The notes under the pieces are model-generated. The model had not been told where the DNA came from, did not search any database, and saw only the letters and a program-made list of their open reading frames with translations. The translations under genes and the position numbers were made by a program. A DNA stretch of 61,723 nt, counting the filler, from Jimgerdemannia flammicorona (Eukaryota): NCBI GenBank assembly GCA_003990765.1. It is 3 parts of 3 records of this genome, joined end to end, with 100 filler letters (N's around TTAATTAATTAA, not from the genome) between each part and the next. Parts side by side here need not be neighbours in the genome. Positions count along the whole stretch, not along the records: positions 1 to 20,512 come from RBNJ01001666.1; 2 more parts are not named here. One strand, written 5' to 3'. This document shows, in pieces, positions 1 to 13,500 of this stretch. Position 1 is the first letter of the stretch. Each line of letters starts with the position of its first letter.

Positions 1-3000
1 AAAAAAAAGAAGAGAGAGGCTGGGCTGGCAGTTGCTGCTGGTGAGAGGACTGCTTTTTATTGGATGGAGCATTATGGGTTGCAGCTCTGGCAGAAGGCCT
101 GCCTAGAATATCATGAGAAATTTGAGGAGAAGGAGAATGGAGAGCTCTCTGAACTCCTGGTTGGACTGGAGGCTAAGAGGATTGAAGAGGAGGCAGAAGC
201 TGTAGAATATGATCTGGATCTAGCTCAGGAAGAGATGAATATAGAGTAGTAGAGGATATGCTTACTATTATACATTATTTCTTATAAACAATAAAACCAA
301 TATTCTCTCTTTAAATGTGAATAGGCTCTGGAGTTCATTTCATTAATAGAATATTTTTACTTGGCTGAAGGAATTGGAGGCTGATTTTTTTCTTTTGCAG
401 GATGTCAGGTGTGAGAATGATTTGGATAAACTGGAATGAACAAAGAAATGGAGAGGAGAGGCAGTTTGGAAGGGCCTGGTCAGGAAGAGCAGAGGGTAGA
501 TATAGGATATACAGAACTGAAGAGACAGGCTGGTCTGGGGTAAGTGGATTTGCACTGGTCAGGAACTGGTTACAGTTGGATCCTGCTACTGTTCTGTAGT
601 GAGGAGTAAGTATATAGAGTGAGTGAAGGGTCTCTAGGAGGAAGAGACTCTGGCAGAGGCTGGGGTGGACATGCTTGGCAGAGACTTTAATATAGTTAGA
701 GATACACTATTGGATAGAACTGATATAGAGTAGGGGGTAGAGGGAAGGAGTGAAGGTTTGGAGGTATAGAAGGAAGTAGAGAGGCTGAGTACTTTGGTGG
801 ATGCTGGCAGAGAGCTATTGAGTGACCAAAGGGTATATACACATTGAGTAAGTGGCCTGGGGATGAGGATTGACTGGATTTTGATAGCAGACTGCTGGGG
901 TTTGGATACTTGGGGGTCTTTGAAGGCAGAATAGTGTCTATGGTCTGATTATTGAGGACTACTGGAATAGGAACATTTTGGGGAGAGTGGGGATGGACCA
1001 GGACATTGGTGTCTCAACTCCTCTCTGGTAGACAACAAGGTACTATAAGATAAATAAGCTGAGGATATTCAGTAGAGGGTGGAGGGGTGGATAAGGGAAG
1101 GTGCCTCAGTTGACATTAGATAGGTAAGGCTGAAGGAGGAAGCTAGGGTCTATTAGAGGGAGGCAGGTGCAGCAGCTGGGAAACAGAGAAGGAAGAAGAG
1201 GCTATGGGCCTCTGCTAGATTGATAAGGCTATTGGAAGATTGGGCAGGTATAGTGGCCCTAGAGGGGGTAGAGGATTGGAGATTGCTATAGGTGAGAAAG
1301 GAAGTTGTGGAGTTGTAACAGGTATTGTGAGAGGAAGAGAAAGTACAAGTATAGAGTATGGCAGCATGTCTCTATTAGCAGGAGCTGGAGGAAGGAGAGA
1401 GGCCATCTAAGTTTCTCATGAGGGCTCTTTGAGCAAGGAGAGTTCAGCAGAGGTAGGAGGGGGTTCTCAATTCTGAGAGAATACTGGTGCATAGTATACA
1501 AGACATTCTCAGATCACTGAAGGAGCAGTGGAGTGGCTTATGGAGTGAGAAGGAGGGTGGGAAAGAAGATACCTCTATTGGTATTGCCTTGGAGGATTGG
1601 CACCCACTACAGGTAGAAGGGTTGGGCAATCTGGTGATATCAGTGTAGGAGGAGGAGATTTATTAGATTCTTGCTACAACTATGTTGGATATAGCACCAG
1701 GTGAGGATGGCCTGCTCTGGGCTTTCTGGAAGAAGGTGGTAGATGTCCCTAGTGTGCTGGGAGAGCTGAGGGTACTCTGTGACTTGGTACTACAGTCTGG
1801 GAGATAGGTAGGGGAGCAGGATCTAGAGCAGGTGACACTGCTGTATAAGAACAAGAGTAGGAGGGAGGACTGGAGGAACTGGAGGCCAATCATACTACTG
1901 GATATGGACAGGAAGTTGATTACTAAGGTGGTAGTAGCAAGGCTACAGAAAGTGGTCCAGCAGGTCTTGGGGGTAGAGCAGTGGGGATTTGTTGAAAGCT
2001 GACTCATTTGGGATAGCACAGCTTAGATACATGGTATTATTGAAGAGGCACAGGCCTGTGGATTGGATGGGCACCTGGTCTTCTTGGATCAGGAGAAGGT
2101 ATATGACTATGTTCAGAGGGTCTAGTTGGCAAAGATACTAGACAGGATTGGAGTCCCTCATCAGTTCAAAGTAGCAATGATCAGCCTACTGGAAGGGAGC
2201 AGGGCTGTACTCATATATAATGAGCATTGAGGAGTGACTTTCTTTCTGAGTAGGGGTGTTCCTCAGGGGGACCCACTGTCTCCAATTTTGTATGCACTCT
2301 CCTTGGAGCCCCTAATGGATAGAATTCAGCAGAAGATAGAAGAGCTCTCAGTTTATAGCATTGAGTGGAAAGTTGGTGCTTTTGCAGATGATATGATAGT
2401 TGGTCTGGGTTAAATTACCAATGTTAAGAAACTCAAGGAGACTGTAGAGTGGTATGAGATATACTTAGGGATAAACTCAATTAGTTTAAGTGTGAAACAA
2501 TGGTACTAGATAATAGCCTGGTAGGGGGGGAGGTCATTGGAACAATTGTCCCTGCTGGAGAGGCAGTAAGGTACTTGGGTATCTATCTGTCAGTATACAG
2601 GTCCATTCTTCCAAAACTCTGGTGGGAGCAGTGGGTAGTTATCTGGGGAGAGACCCTGCAAAGCTGGAGAGGCCACCACTTGTCTCTGGCAGGGTATGTT
2701 TCTATCTTAAATACTTACTGGCTGCCAAAGTTGTGATATCTGATATATCATCTAGACTTCTTGGTTTAGGTGGTAAAGAGACTACTAAAACTGACAAAGA
2801 GGTAGATCTGAGCAGAGAGGAGGAGTCAGATTAGCTGGGAAATTTTGTCCCTATCAGTAAATAGAGGGGGACTTGGGCTGGTTGACTTTCTGAAGAGGTT
2901 ATACTGCCTGAGAGTATGGTGGCTGAAGAGAGCTATTGAGCTGGGGGGAGGCAGCTGGATTCCTCTATTGAAGAAGGTCTGAGAGATGAGGTCCTATCTA

Positions 3001-3004
3001 CAGG
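1..3004 (+). mobile_element. L1/Tx1-like LINE copy A (end of ORF1 plus decayed ORF2), part before the hAT insertion
   Basis: ORF1 C-terminus matches copies B and C; ORF2 motifs WRPIILLDMDRKL, LDQEK, GVPQGDPLSP, AFADD, YLGIYL, GGLGL with many in-frame stops. Confidence 0.93.
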
Positions 3005-3443
3005 TAGTACTCTGAATGAGTCAATTCGAATCAAATCTGGATTCAATTTGTCACATGATGGTTTAATCCAAATCTCAAATCCAAAGCCATCTGAATCAAC
3101 TTGGATTAATCTGAATCACCTCATCTGAATTGTCCCATCTGAATCACCCATCCAAACCACCCCAATCTGAATCACTCAATCTGAATCCCTCAATCCAAAT
3201 CACTCAATCTGAATCACTCAATCTGAATCACTCAATCTGAATTCTCCAATTCAAATCCTCCAATTCAAATCCTCTAATTTGAATCCTCCAATCTGAATCT
3301 GAATCTGAATCCTTCAATCAAATCCTCTAATCCAAATTCTCCACATGACTCATATACCAGATGTGTCCACAATATAATATATACACATGCATATACAATA
3401 CATATATATGTACATACATGCACATGCAAACATACAAACACAC

Positions 3444-6002
3444 ATGTCAACAGATCAGTCTTCAACAGTTCACAGTATCAATGATGCTTCAAGTCAAACA
3501 TCCCTGATAGTTCCACACCTTCCATGCAATCCTCGCTCTGAAATCTGGCAATATTGTGCTAAGATAGGAGATGATGTTGTTTGTAATTATTGCAGGTAAA
3601 AAATTAAGATGCACCCATTGACTTGTTTGATACACACATGATATTGTTTCATCTACCCCCATAAACTGCACTAGCCAGAAGTTCAAAATGCTTGATGGTA
3701 TGACCTTGAACATGAATCAACACATAAAAGACAAGTACTCTGACAAAATCAAAAAGAATACAGAGACAAATAAAATTGACATCCAAGCTGTGGTGGGTAC
3801 ATTTATCCAGTTGTCTAACTATTTCTATACCAACAATGCTGTTTAATCAAAAATATTTAGCCATACTCTTTGGCAGAATTTTGAAATTAGCTCATTCGCT
3901 AGATTGTATGCACAGACCAGCCATTTACAACCATCAAGAGTGATCAATTGTATAGTATCTTTGGCCTCCTCAAGCATGATTTATATTTGCTAAGTGCCAA
4001 TACTATTCGCAAAGATGTCCTGGAGGCCTATAGGAAGGAGCATGATAATCTCCACCAGATACTTCAGATAAAATAAGAGCAGCACCATGACCTTTGCAAG
4101 CTGAATTATATAAAAGAGCTCACCAATTTAACCTCACATTCAATAAGCAGAATTCGGTAGGCAAAATTTCATTTATGATCAACACATGGACATCCCCCAA
4201 TGCAATTTCATTTCTGGGCATTACCAGTCATTGAATTGACCTCGATTGACAGCTTAAATCTCTCACCCTTGACTTTGTCAAACTTGCTGGCCCTTATTTT
4301 GGAGACAACATCATAGATACTTTTATTAGTTGTATCCAGGAGCTTGGGATCACAACTAAGATAAAAAAAGGGGGGCTTGCCATCAGGTCAGTGTTTTGAG
4401 GGAGGTCATTAAACAAAACAGATTTTATTGGTTATTTATTTTCACATAATTTGCCAACTGAATATTTCAAGTACAGATTTTGGCCATTATGATGGACAAT
4501 GCCACAAATAACTCAACATTTTTCCAAGTTTTAGCAGCTAGCCTCAAACAGGAAAATGTGGCCTTCGGTGCAGAAAGCTATCATGTATGATGCCAGGCCC
4601 ATGTACTGAACCTTGCTGTTCAGGACTATCTTATGCACATAGACAAAACATCTGAGAGAGGAGGAGCCCTGAGTATAATTTCCAAGCTGTGCAAACTGGT
4701 TGTATTGGTCTGGTCATCCCCACAATAATGAGACAAATTCACTATGCAGTATAGAGCAATCAGTTTAGCCCCAAAAGAGCTTATATTGGACGTCTGTATG
4801 TATTGGAACTCAACATTTGCAATGACCCAGCATGTGCTGGAGTTTGCTGTAGTATGCATCCTTTTTTTCTTTAGTTGGCTGAAGCAACTATTTCAGATGA
4901 TAGAAGATTTATTTTTAAAAAAAAAAAAAAAAAAAAGCCAATAGATTCAATGATGGCTATCAACAAGGAAATATGGGCTAAGACTCTAGGTAAAAGCAAG
5001 TGGAATATACTTAGGAATATTGTCAGAGTTTTGGAAGTAAGTGGTGGTTGCTCTGGCTCTACACTCATTTTGTCTGCCTCTGCACAATACAACACCTCAC
5101 CACATATAACTACCAGTGTTTTGACGATTGTATGAAGAATATAGTAAAACAAATGACCCTGACAATAAGCTCTGTAATATCAGTATACAATCTTCTGATT
5201 GACTGGCTAGAGGACAAGCTTGAGGACAGGCTGGAGGGTTGTGGTGATTTATAGTTAAGTCTGAATCAGAGAGACACTGTGGAGGTTGCTCTAAGCAAGC
5301 TCAGAAAATACTACTCCCAAACAGATACTGCCATATACTCAATCAGTACAGGTATGTCAATGTCAGCATGTGGCCATTGCCCCTTCCAAAACAGAGAAAA
5401 CTCTGCAAAAACTCACTCTCTTTTTCTTTGAACAGTGCTGGACCCATGCTTAAAGCTACAATACTATAAAGATCAGGGCTGAGAGCAGCACTTCATTGAG
5501 AGAACCAAGCAGGCCATAATCAAAGTATACTGGAAAAACTATGTACTGCTGCAAGGTTCTAGCCAAAGTTCGGATGAATATGCTAAGGAATCCCTCCTGT
5601 CCCACATTTACTTCAGCAGAAAGAGGAAGAGGGAGCCATCAGTGGAAGAGCTGTCATCAATAGATGAACTTACCATTTATCTCGCCAGCGACCATGTGGT
5701 CCTGCTGGAGGCATAGAGGTACTCAACTAGTGGAAGGTGGGTTGTCAGATGGGTGTTGGGCCAATTTAACCCACCAATCTAACCACTGCTCTATCCACCA
5801 GAGTGTGCAGCTGTATCAAACAGACTTCTCCAGCCTGTGTGGTATGGCTTGGGACTACCTGGTGATTCCTGCCTCCAGCACTCCTGTTGAGTAGGTGTTC
5901 TCAGATGGGGTGGACCTCATTGTCCCAAAGAGATATATGCTGAATGCTGAGACAATCCGGGTGTGTATGTGTCTGAAGTCTTGGTGGGGCTTGGGCTGCT
6001 AA
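3444..6002 (+). pseudogene. hAT transposase, intron-containing, inactivated
   Basis: BED-finger start (SEIWQY...CNYC), NTWTSPN..FLGIT, MDNATNN, CQAHVLNLAVQ, LILDV..YWNST, VLDP, dimerization domain MAWDYLVIPASSTPVE*VFS...CLKSW; stops present. Confidence 0.9.
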
Positions 6003-6129
6003 AATTCGGTAGGTCTATAGATAAGTTGATTGGCCTTGTGGAATATTTAATACCTTTCAAAATAATAAAAAAGGAAAAAAAAACCTGAGGACTCAGTCTG
6101 GAGTTTGCAGTCCAAGTGGGGTGGGGTTG

Positions 6130-6600
6130 GTGGTGGCGGCAGAGGGAGTGTGTAATATTTGTGGCCCTCAGCCAGCAGCAAGGGGCAGCCCCAAGCTGCC
6201 AGTGCCCAGGTCAGTGGGCAGGTCAGTGGGCAGGTTAGTGGGTCAGTGGAGGGAGCACACAAAATTTGTGGCCCTCCACCAGCAGCAAGAGGCAGCCCTA
6301 AGCCATAAGTGTTCAGGTCAAGGGGGTAGGCAGAGGGAGCATGCAAAATTTGCAGCCTTCTGCCAGCAGTGAGGGGCAGTCCCAAGCTGTCAGCATCTGG
6401 GTCAGTGGGCAGGATCAGTTGGTAGGTGCGGGGTCAGTGGAAGGAGCATGCAAAATTTGCGGCCCTCCACCAGCAGCAAGGGGCAGCCCCAAGCCACAAG
6501 TGTCTGGGACAGGTGGGGCAGATGGAGGGAGCATGCAAAATTTGTGGCCCTCTGCCAGTAGCATAGGGGCAGCCCCAAGCCACCAAGGAGTCCAGGGCAG
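6130..6600. repeat. GC-rich degenerate tandem repeat inside the hAT element
   Basis: Recurring GGGAGCATGCAAAATTTGYGGCCCTC...GCAGCAAGGGGCAGCCCCAAGC units, about 5 copies. Confidence 0.85.
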
Positions 6601-6907
6601 AGGGTGCTTCTGGTGGTCAGAGGGTGCTTCTGGTAGTCAGAGGGTGTTTCCAGCAGTTGAAGTCACCAGTTTGGATCCCATGGGCACCCTGGCCCTGTGC
6701 TACAGTACCACACTGGTAGCACTACAGAGCAGAGCCAAGGGGCCAGTAGGGCCCTGCATAACAGCTAAGCTAGTGCTACATAAGAGGTGCCCAGCCCAAC
6801 CCCCCTACATAAGACTGCCCAACTCCCACAAAATGGCTGCCTAACCCTCATAAAAGTTTGCCTAACCCTTGCAAAAGATTGTCTAACCCTCATAAAAACT
6901 ACTCCAC

Positions 6908-8990
6908 TCATTGGTCCCAGGCCTTGATGAGCCTATCATCTGTTATGAGTATGATGACTGTTGTGTTCAAGCTCTCCTTGAAGGCGACAGTACCATAGTA
7001 GTTATGTGGTTGGAATAGGACAGCTATGTTGGCCACAAACAGGACTCCAAAACCATAGGTAAGGTCATACCAGACTCCACTGCTATCCTCTCAGGTTGGG
7101 CCCTTTCTTTCTGGGATGTAAAACATTATCAGGGTGACATTGTTGTCTGTGTGTATAGGCAGAGAAAGATTGTACCCAATGTATCCTGATATGATGTGAA
7201 CATATGGTTGGGTGAACCCTTGGCTCAGGACCTCATATGTACTGCCAGGTTGTACTGGTGGATGCCTGCCCTTGGTCTAGCCCTAGGAGCCCTGGCTTGG
7301 AAACCTGCTGAAATGGATGGCAACCAGTCAGTTCTTTTTATATACAGGGGGGCAGAAACCCCCTGGGCTGTAGCACCCTGAAAAAGCAGAGCTCCTCACT
7401 TCATATGGTATGCTAAATTGTGCCAAGAATGTATGTACAGTCATGCTGAGATCACCACCAAGCTGACCTGCTGTATGCTCTACCAATCTGCTCAAAGAAC
7501 CCCAGATCATAGCCACTATTGCTGCACAGGCTGTGTTGTGCTCATATACAGTTTGCTCTTCAATGGTACTTCTAAAGTTCTGGTAGGGGTACAGAATCTT
7601 GTGCATTCCTGGAATTGTATCAAAAAGAGTATGTTGGCAAAGAGTGTGATTTATCTGGGGAGAGGTTAAAAAAAAAGAGAGATAAGTGTGGGGGATTTTG
7701 GAACTCTGGAACCCACCCTTCACCAGTGTTACAGTATACCCAATTCCTGTCCAAACCCCCCCTCCTTGCTTTTTTTGCCCCCTCTTTCCTGCCATCTGGT
7801 ATTTGATGCAATTCTTATAAATCTCATTGATGTGGTGGTGAAGCTCATTACCATAGAGATTCCTTACCACCATCACAACCACCTCTCCACATTCGTTAAT
7901 AAAGATATGGTTCTCTTCATCGTTGGTTACTCCTGCTGGCCAATGGACTCCTTGGTTGAGTACGATTGGCTCTGATTCGAATGTAGACCCCCAAGCCTTG
8001 ATGATGATGCTGGTACTGCTTATACTGAACATCTTGCCTTCAAATTTCTCTATTTGATCAGATGCTGGATGTGGTTGAACTTGGGTAACTTTGAACTCTC
8101 CTTTCCAATGGAACTGAGTCCTGATCTGAGGGACCAAGATAAGTATGTGGATGGGTTGCATGCAGATGGGTTGCATGCAGGCAGGTTGTATGTGGGCAGA
8201 TTGCATGTAGGCAGGTTGCGGGCAGGCAGGTTGCGTGTAGGTGGGTTGTATGCAGGCAGGTTGCATACAGGCAGGTTGCATGTAGGCGGATTGTGTGCAG
8301 ATGGGTTGCATGCGGGTGTGGGTGTTTTTTACGGGAAGACCATGTAAAAATGAAATTAAATAAAACATGGAGATAGGTATTTCAGAAAAAGAGCATGAGT
8401 AAGTGAGTGAGTAAGCTGTATACCGATGAGTTGCATGCCAATAAGTTGCACAAGTTGCACAAGATTGTTCATGAAGGCTTGCTTCTGTTCCTTTTGAGAC
8501 CTCCGCTATGCAATGTATTGACTCAACAGCTCAGCCACCAAAGGCATACCCCATAATGTCTGCCAGCCTTTCTTCATCTTGACCAGATGTTGCGAATAAA
8601 GTCGGCAGATCTTGCTATAGAGCTGTGGACCCTAAGAAAAGCATGAGATGAATTGAGTTGTGCTGGAGAAGTTTAAATAAACAAAAGTAAATAAGTGGCA
8701 GCCAAGTGAGCAATCTACATCTACTATTGGCTGCTCCAAAAAGGCTACCATGTACATAGCTATAAGGTCTGTGAATTCTGAGGTCTGAAGGGCTGCCATG
8801 AGTTGTTGCTGGAATTCTCCCTCATCCCTGTCATCACCATCACCATCACCACTGCCACCACCATCACCCCTTTGGCTCTTGATGAGCAGCTTGTGTGCTG
8901 TCTATATGAGAAAGAATCTAACATTGTCAGCAGAGAGTGCATTTCCACCTCGAATACTCCCTCTTTTGACAATCATTGCAGGGTGAAAAA
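6908..8990 (-). pseudogene. hAT cargo gene with TET/JBP-like 2OG-Fe(II) dioxygenase motifs (decayed, probably multi-exon)
   Basis: Reading through stops after ORF 7328-8368: GKRGQKKQGGGVWTGIGY ... GYNLSLPIHTDNNVT..FY ... DSSGVWYDLTYGFGVLF..NIAVLFQPHNYYGT (HxD at 7145-7153; distal H site reads Y, one C>T away); boundaries approximate. Confidence 0.55.
8145..8315 (-). repeat. 15-bp coding minisatellite (MQPAC-like pentapeptide) in the cargo ORF
   Basis: GCAGGCAGGTTGCAT-like units; translation MQPACMQPACIQPTYTQPACPQPAY. Confidence 0.85.
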
Positions 8991-9510
8991 TGAGTAGACT
9001 AGACCAATGTATGAATTAAGGGCTGCTGTTTTGTTTGCTTATGATGTGGCAGGAAAGAACAAAGAAAGAAAGAAAGAAAGAAAGAAAGAGAGGAGAGTTG
9101 GTATTGTGGGTGAGAAAGTGGTCTTTGTTTGTATGGATAGATAGAGTGGCACTCCTATGGGGATTGGGTAGTGGGGGGGTAAGGAAAGAACAAAGAAAAA
9201 AAACAAAGAAAAAGAATAAAGAAAAAGAACAAAAGAAGAGAGGGAGCAAAAGGAAAAGATGATGTCACCAAAGATTTCAATCTGGATGGATTAATTCAGA
9301 TGAACCAATCTAGATGGACCAATCTGGATGGATCAATTCAGATGGATCAATCTGGATCAATCCAGATAGATCAATCTGGATGGATCAATCTAGATCAATC
9401 TGGATCAATCTGGATCAGATCACAAGACCAATCCAAGTTGATTCGAATCCATCACATAATGAATCTGAATCTAATCTCATCCAGATCAACTCCATCTGTT
9501 CAGAGTACTA

Positions 9511-10505
9511 TCTACAGGAGATCTTTTGTCTTTAGTTGGGTTTCAGAACAATAAGTACATACAGTTTAAGGACTTCTGGTGGGGAGTTACTGATGGGGTA
9601 CACTGCATCAGTATTTGTTAACAGAGAGATGAGAGAGAAGGGCCTTGGGGTCTAGTGATGTGGAGATGGGACTGAGTATTGCTGGGGGATGTTCTTCTTG
9701 GTAACTTTGATATTAGTGATGGGATTGAATATCAGAGGGGGTTGGGGCAGGATCTATGGCCCAGCAGATGACAGTTGGTGGATATTGGTGAAGAGTGGGA
9801 CTGGAACAGGATTTGGGACTAGATCAGTAGTGACTGCTACTGAAGTATTGAGTGGTCTGGTAGTGTATATTGAGGAGGAATATTATGCTCAACTTTCACT
9901 CTGGCCACCTGGTGGAAGGGAGAACCTTTGACTATGAGAAGTGCTATAATGTTGGACAGGAAGAGGGTTTTGTACAGATACCTGAATATTGGCTAGAGGA
10001 GTGTGAGGTGCTTAGTAACTTCTGAATAGCAATTGGGAAGAGGTTGGATATTATGCAGTGGGGGGATGGTGTGAGGGGTCAGTGGGAGAATCTGTAGGAT
10101 AGACTGGTGGGAGAGGTTGGGAGGGAATGGCTTACTTTAGGGTGGATGCTGGCTGTATGGGTTGAGTTGGCAGGATATTAGCTGTATGTGTTTGAGGATA
10201 AGAGATGTCTGGGCTTAGAGATATGACTGTTGTAATGGGAAGGACTGATGGAGGATACTCTAATGGGTTGATGGCATAGGTGGAGACTGCAGAGTAGATG
10301 GCAGCATTATTTGATAGAGAAGATATGTGGACAGAGTAGGGGGAGGGTTGGGGTCTGGGAGACAGAGTGATTTTCAAGCATAAAGGAGTGGGGGGGGAGG
10401 AGGGTTCCCCTATAGAGATTGGGTAGTGGGAGGAGATAATGTAAATAATATAGACTAGCAATAAATGGCAAAGTCTAAGTGACTATAAAAAAAAAAAAAA
10501 AAAAA
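9511..10505 (+). mobile_element. LINE copy A 3' end with poly(A)
   Basis: Continues ORF2 C-terminal region (CYNVGQE..FVQIPEYWL.ECEVL); AATAAA, AGTC-TAAGT-GACT and poly(A) at 10486-10505. Confidence 0.92.
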
Positions 10506-10540
10506 GAGACTCTTTATCAAGATTCTCCTTACAGAGATTC

Positions 10541-13500
10541 TGTTGGAATGGCAACTCAATATGTCAGCATATAACCTTACATCATATTATTAGATTTTCA
10601 TCATTCATCAGTAAAGTATGAAATATGTGACCTATATAACTTCAATAAAATGCCAATCTCTTTAGAACAAAGGTTATGAGTCCTACTAGCACTAAGTAGC
10701 TATAGTAAATAAATATATCTCTTTAAAATATACTATACTAGAAATGTCTGATGATCAACCTAACAATGTGAGCATAAAAATAGATATACCAATCATAAGT
10801 ATTTCACTAACCACAAGTATAATCATCTCAATAGATATGGGAAATATAGTTCTAGTTATTAGTATAAATATAGCTAAGAAGTTCATCCTAATCTTTGATG
10901 GGAGAATTTGGGTATTTTATATGATGAATCTCTTTGAAAAATGTGGTTTGGCAAAGTATATAAAGCCACAAGTGCTAATTTAAGATTACAATATTGTAAA
11001 TAATCACTAAGTATTATGTTAGATTATATTTATATTGTTGAATTCTCAAATGAAGCTCATAATACATGCTATAATAGCTTACAAGGTATGTAAAGCCCTA
11101 TGCAATCATCATATATAAGTATCTATATCAAATTGATTCCACTTGAAATTTCAGCTATTCAATCTTTGAATGAAGTCTAAGAAGAGTATTTACAAATATA
11201 TCAGTCATGTCAATGATCTGGTGAATTAAGTGAATTCTCTCAGCATATCTGCAGATTATATTGAGAATGAAAACAAGGTTATAGCACTCACAAGAGGACT
11301 TCCATATGTATATAATATCATATTAGTAGTTATATATAAGAGTAGGAGACTCTCAGATTATACCCACATGATAATGAGCCTCATTAATGAGGAAATGCAC
11401 TAAGGAAATAGTGCTGATAATAACAAAAATGCCTTTTACAGGTTCTGTGGATGCAGTGCCAAATAAGGTCAAAAACATAGATAATAAGACCAAAGGGATA
11501 AATCTAAACCCAAGCTCAACAATGCAATAACTGGTCCAGCCAATTAACTAAGTATAATGGTTACTATGAGTACTGTGATAAGTATGGACACAAGAAGTGG
11601 CATAGCTATAGTTAGAAAAATAACAAAAAGAGTAGTGAAAATAAGTATAGAAAAAGCCAGTATTAACAATATAGAAATGGTGGAAAGAACTATTGAGAGA
11701 AGCATAGTAATAAAAATATCACTGAAACTGATGAAAGTGGTAATCTATTTTTTGTATAAGCTGCCAGTTCTACCACCAGTATCAGTTCTACTAGCACAAG
11801 ATCTACATCTATTAAATCTGGTCAGAAGGATGATGATTTTGGATCAAAAAGTCTCACCAAATCTACTGCCAATTCTGCTAGTACCAGTTCTGCTAGCATA
11901 AGATCTACCACCAAATCTACTAATCCATCATCTATGAATTCTGATTAATAGTAAAAGCAAAATACTTTTGAACTAAAGAAAAGTGATAATGACATAAGTA
12001 CTACAAACAATATGTCTAGTTATATATTCTATGAATGTGCTGCTAATATAGTCAATAATAATAATGTCTAGCTAATTGATTCTGGAGCCACTCAATATAT
12101 AATGCTATGTATATAGTCAATATTTTGTGATAATATCAAGAGGTATGATGAGTTTGAAGAGGAAAGAAAGAACTCTGAGAAAGATTTTTGATTCAAGAAA
12201 TATGTATTTAGGTAAAAGAAAAGAAATATATAGTAGAAAAACTGACCCTTTATATATATGTATAGAGAGGGAGGGTAGTAGAAAAAGTGAGTACAAATGT
12301 ACATAAAAGCAAATATACATTATGACACAAAGAGTAGTATATAGTATATGGAGTACTGAATTAGATAGCATTAAGCAAAGAAGACTAAAAAAAGGAAATA
12401 TACATCCACTATATAGCCTAAAATAGAAACAAGACATATGGAACCAAAGACCTAAGTACCTAAGATATTTCTGCATTTATTGATCTGTAGGCTTGAATAA
12501 GCCCTCTCATGCAATCTTTTATAATAATGTCAAGAGATACAACAAGTTTGAAGAGAGAAGAAAGAATCTCAGGAAAGATTTTTAATTCAAGAAATATATA
12601 TTTGGGTGAAAGAAAAGAAACATACAGTAGAAAAACTAACCCAAATAAGTATTGTATAACCTGATGTAGGTGAAGCATGAATGAGAAAAGAAGTATTATA
12701 TGATCTGATATAGGGGAAGTAAGAATAAGGAAGAACTGACACTTAAAGGAAAGTAGGGAAGTATAGGCAGAGAAGATAGGTTAGTGCTATGAGCAATATG
12801 ATATCAGAATGATATGGAGAGTGTGTGGCACTCTGTATTAATGGCTGGTGTCATGGGCCCATATGCAGTGAGATATACTTTACCAATTAACTAATAATAT
12901 AGATATATAGTTAGAAATGTTAGTGGCTGAGGGAAACAGCTGAGTGAGGGAGATCTGAAGATTACAGATATGAGATATGGACATGTGAATATACCCTTAG
13001 AATGGTATACTTGATCAGCATCCAAGTATTTGAATTTTGTAGTCCAATAGATCTGCTATAGTAGCATCTGACATAGCACTGATATGAAAACTATGGCTAG
13101 CATAGAGAGTTGGATTGAGTCCAATATATAGAAGTAGAGACCAGAGATGGTGAATGAGGTAGGAGTAGGAGAAGGGGTGGCTTGTAGAGTATATGAATAG
13201 AGGGGCACCTGCTGGGTTAGGGGCAGCAAGAAATAGAAGACAAAGTAGAGATATGATGTATAGTATGTTTAGTACTATTTTTACAATAAACAGAGTATAG
13301 CCCTATCAGAAGAAATTCATTTTCAAGGCAGGTAGAGTCAAAGTGATATGTGTAGAGTCTATGATATAAGGGTGGAAAGCTATATAGCCCCAAGAAACCT
13401 AGAAGAAGAAATCAAATGGACAATCTTATATAAACTCACCTGATCTCAGAAATCCAATATAGATCAGTGATATTACTACTACCAGATTGAGGTTGTCATA

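Larger units (their letters stand above)
3005..9510 (+). mobile_element. hAT DNA transposon, 6.5 kb, with cargo
   Basis: 12-bp TIR TAGTACTCTGAA / TTCAGAGTACTA; 8-bp TSD TCTACAGG at 2997-3004 and 9511-9518; subterminal short repeats (AATCTGAATC-like left, GATCAATCTG-like right); LINE resumes after it. Confidence 0.93.

Noticed and set aside
3003..3006. Alternative TA target duplication (Tc1/mariner) for the 6.5-kb element
   Set aside because: The transposase is hAT-type and related MITEs show 8-bp TSDs
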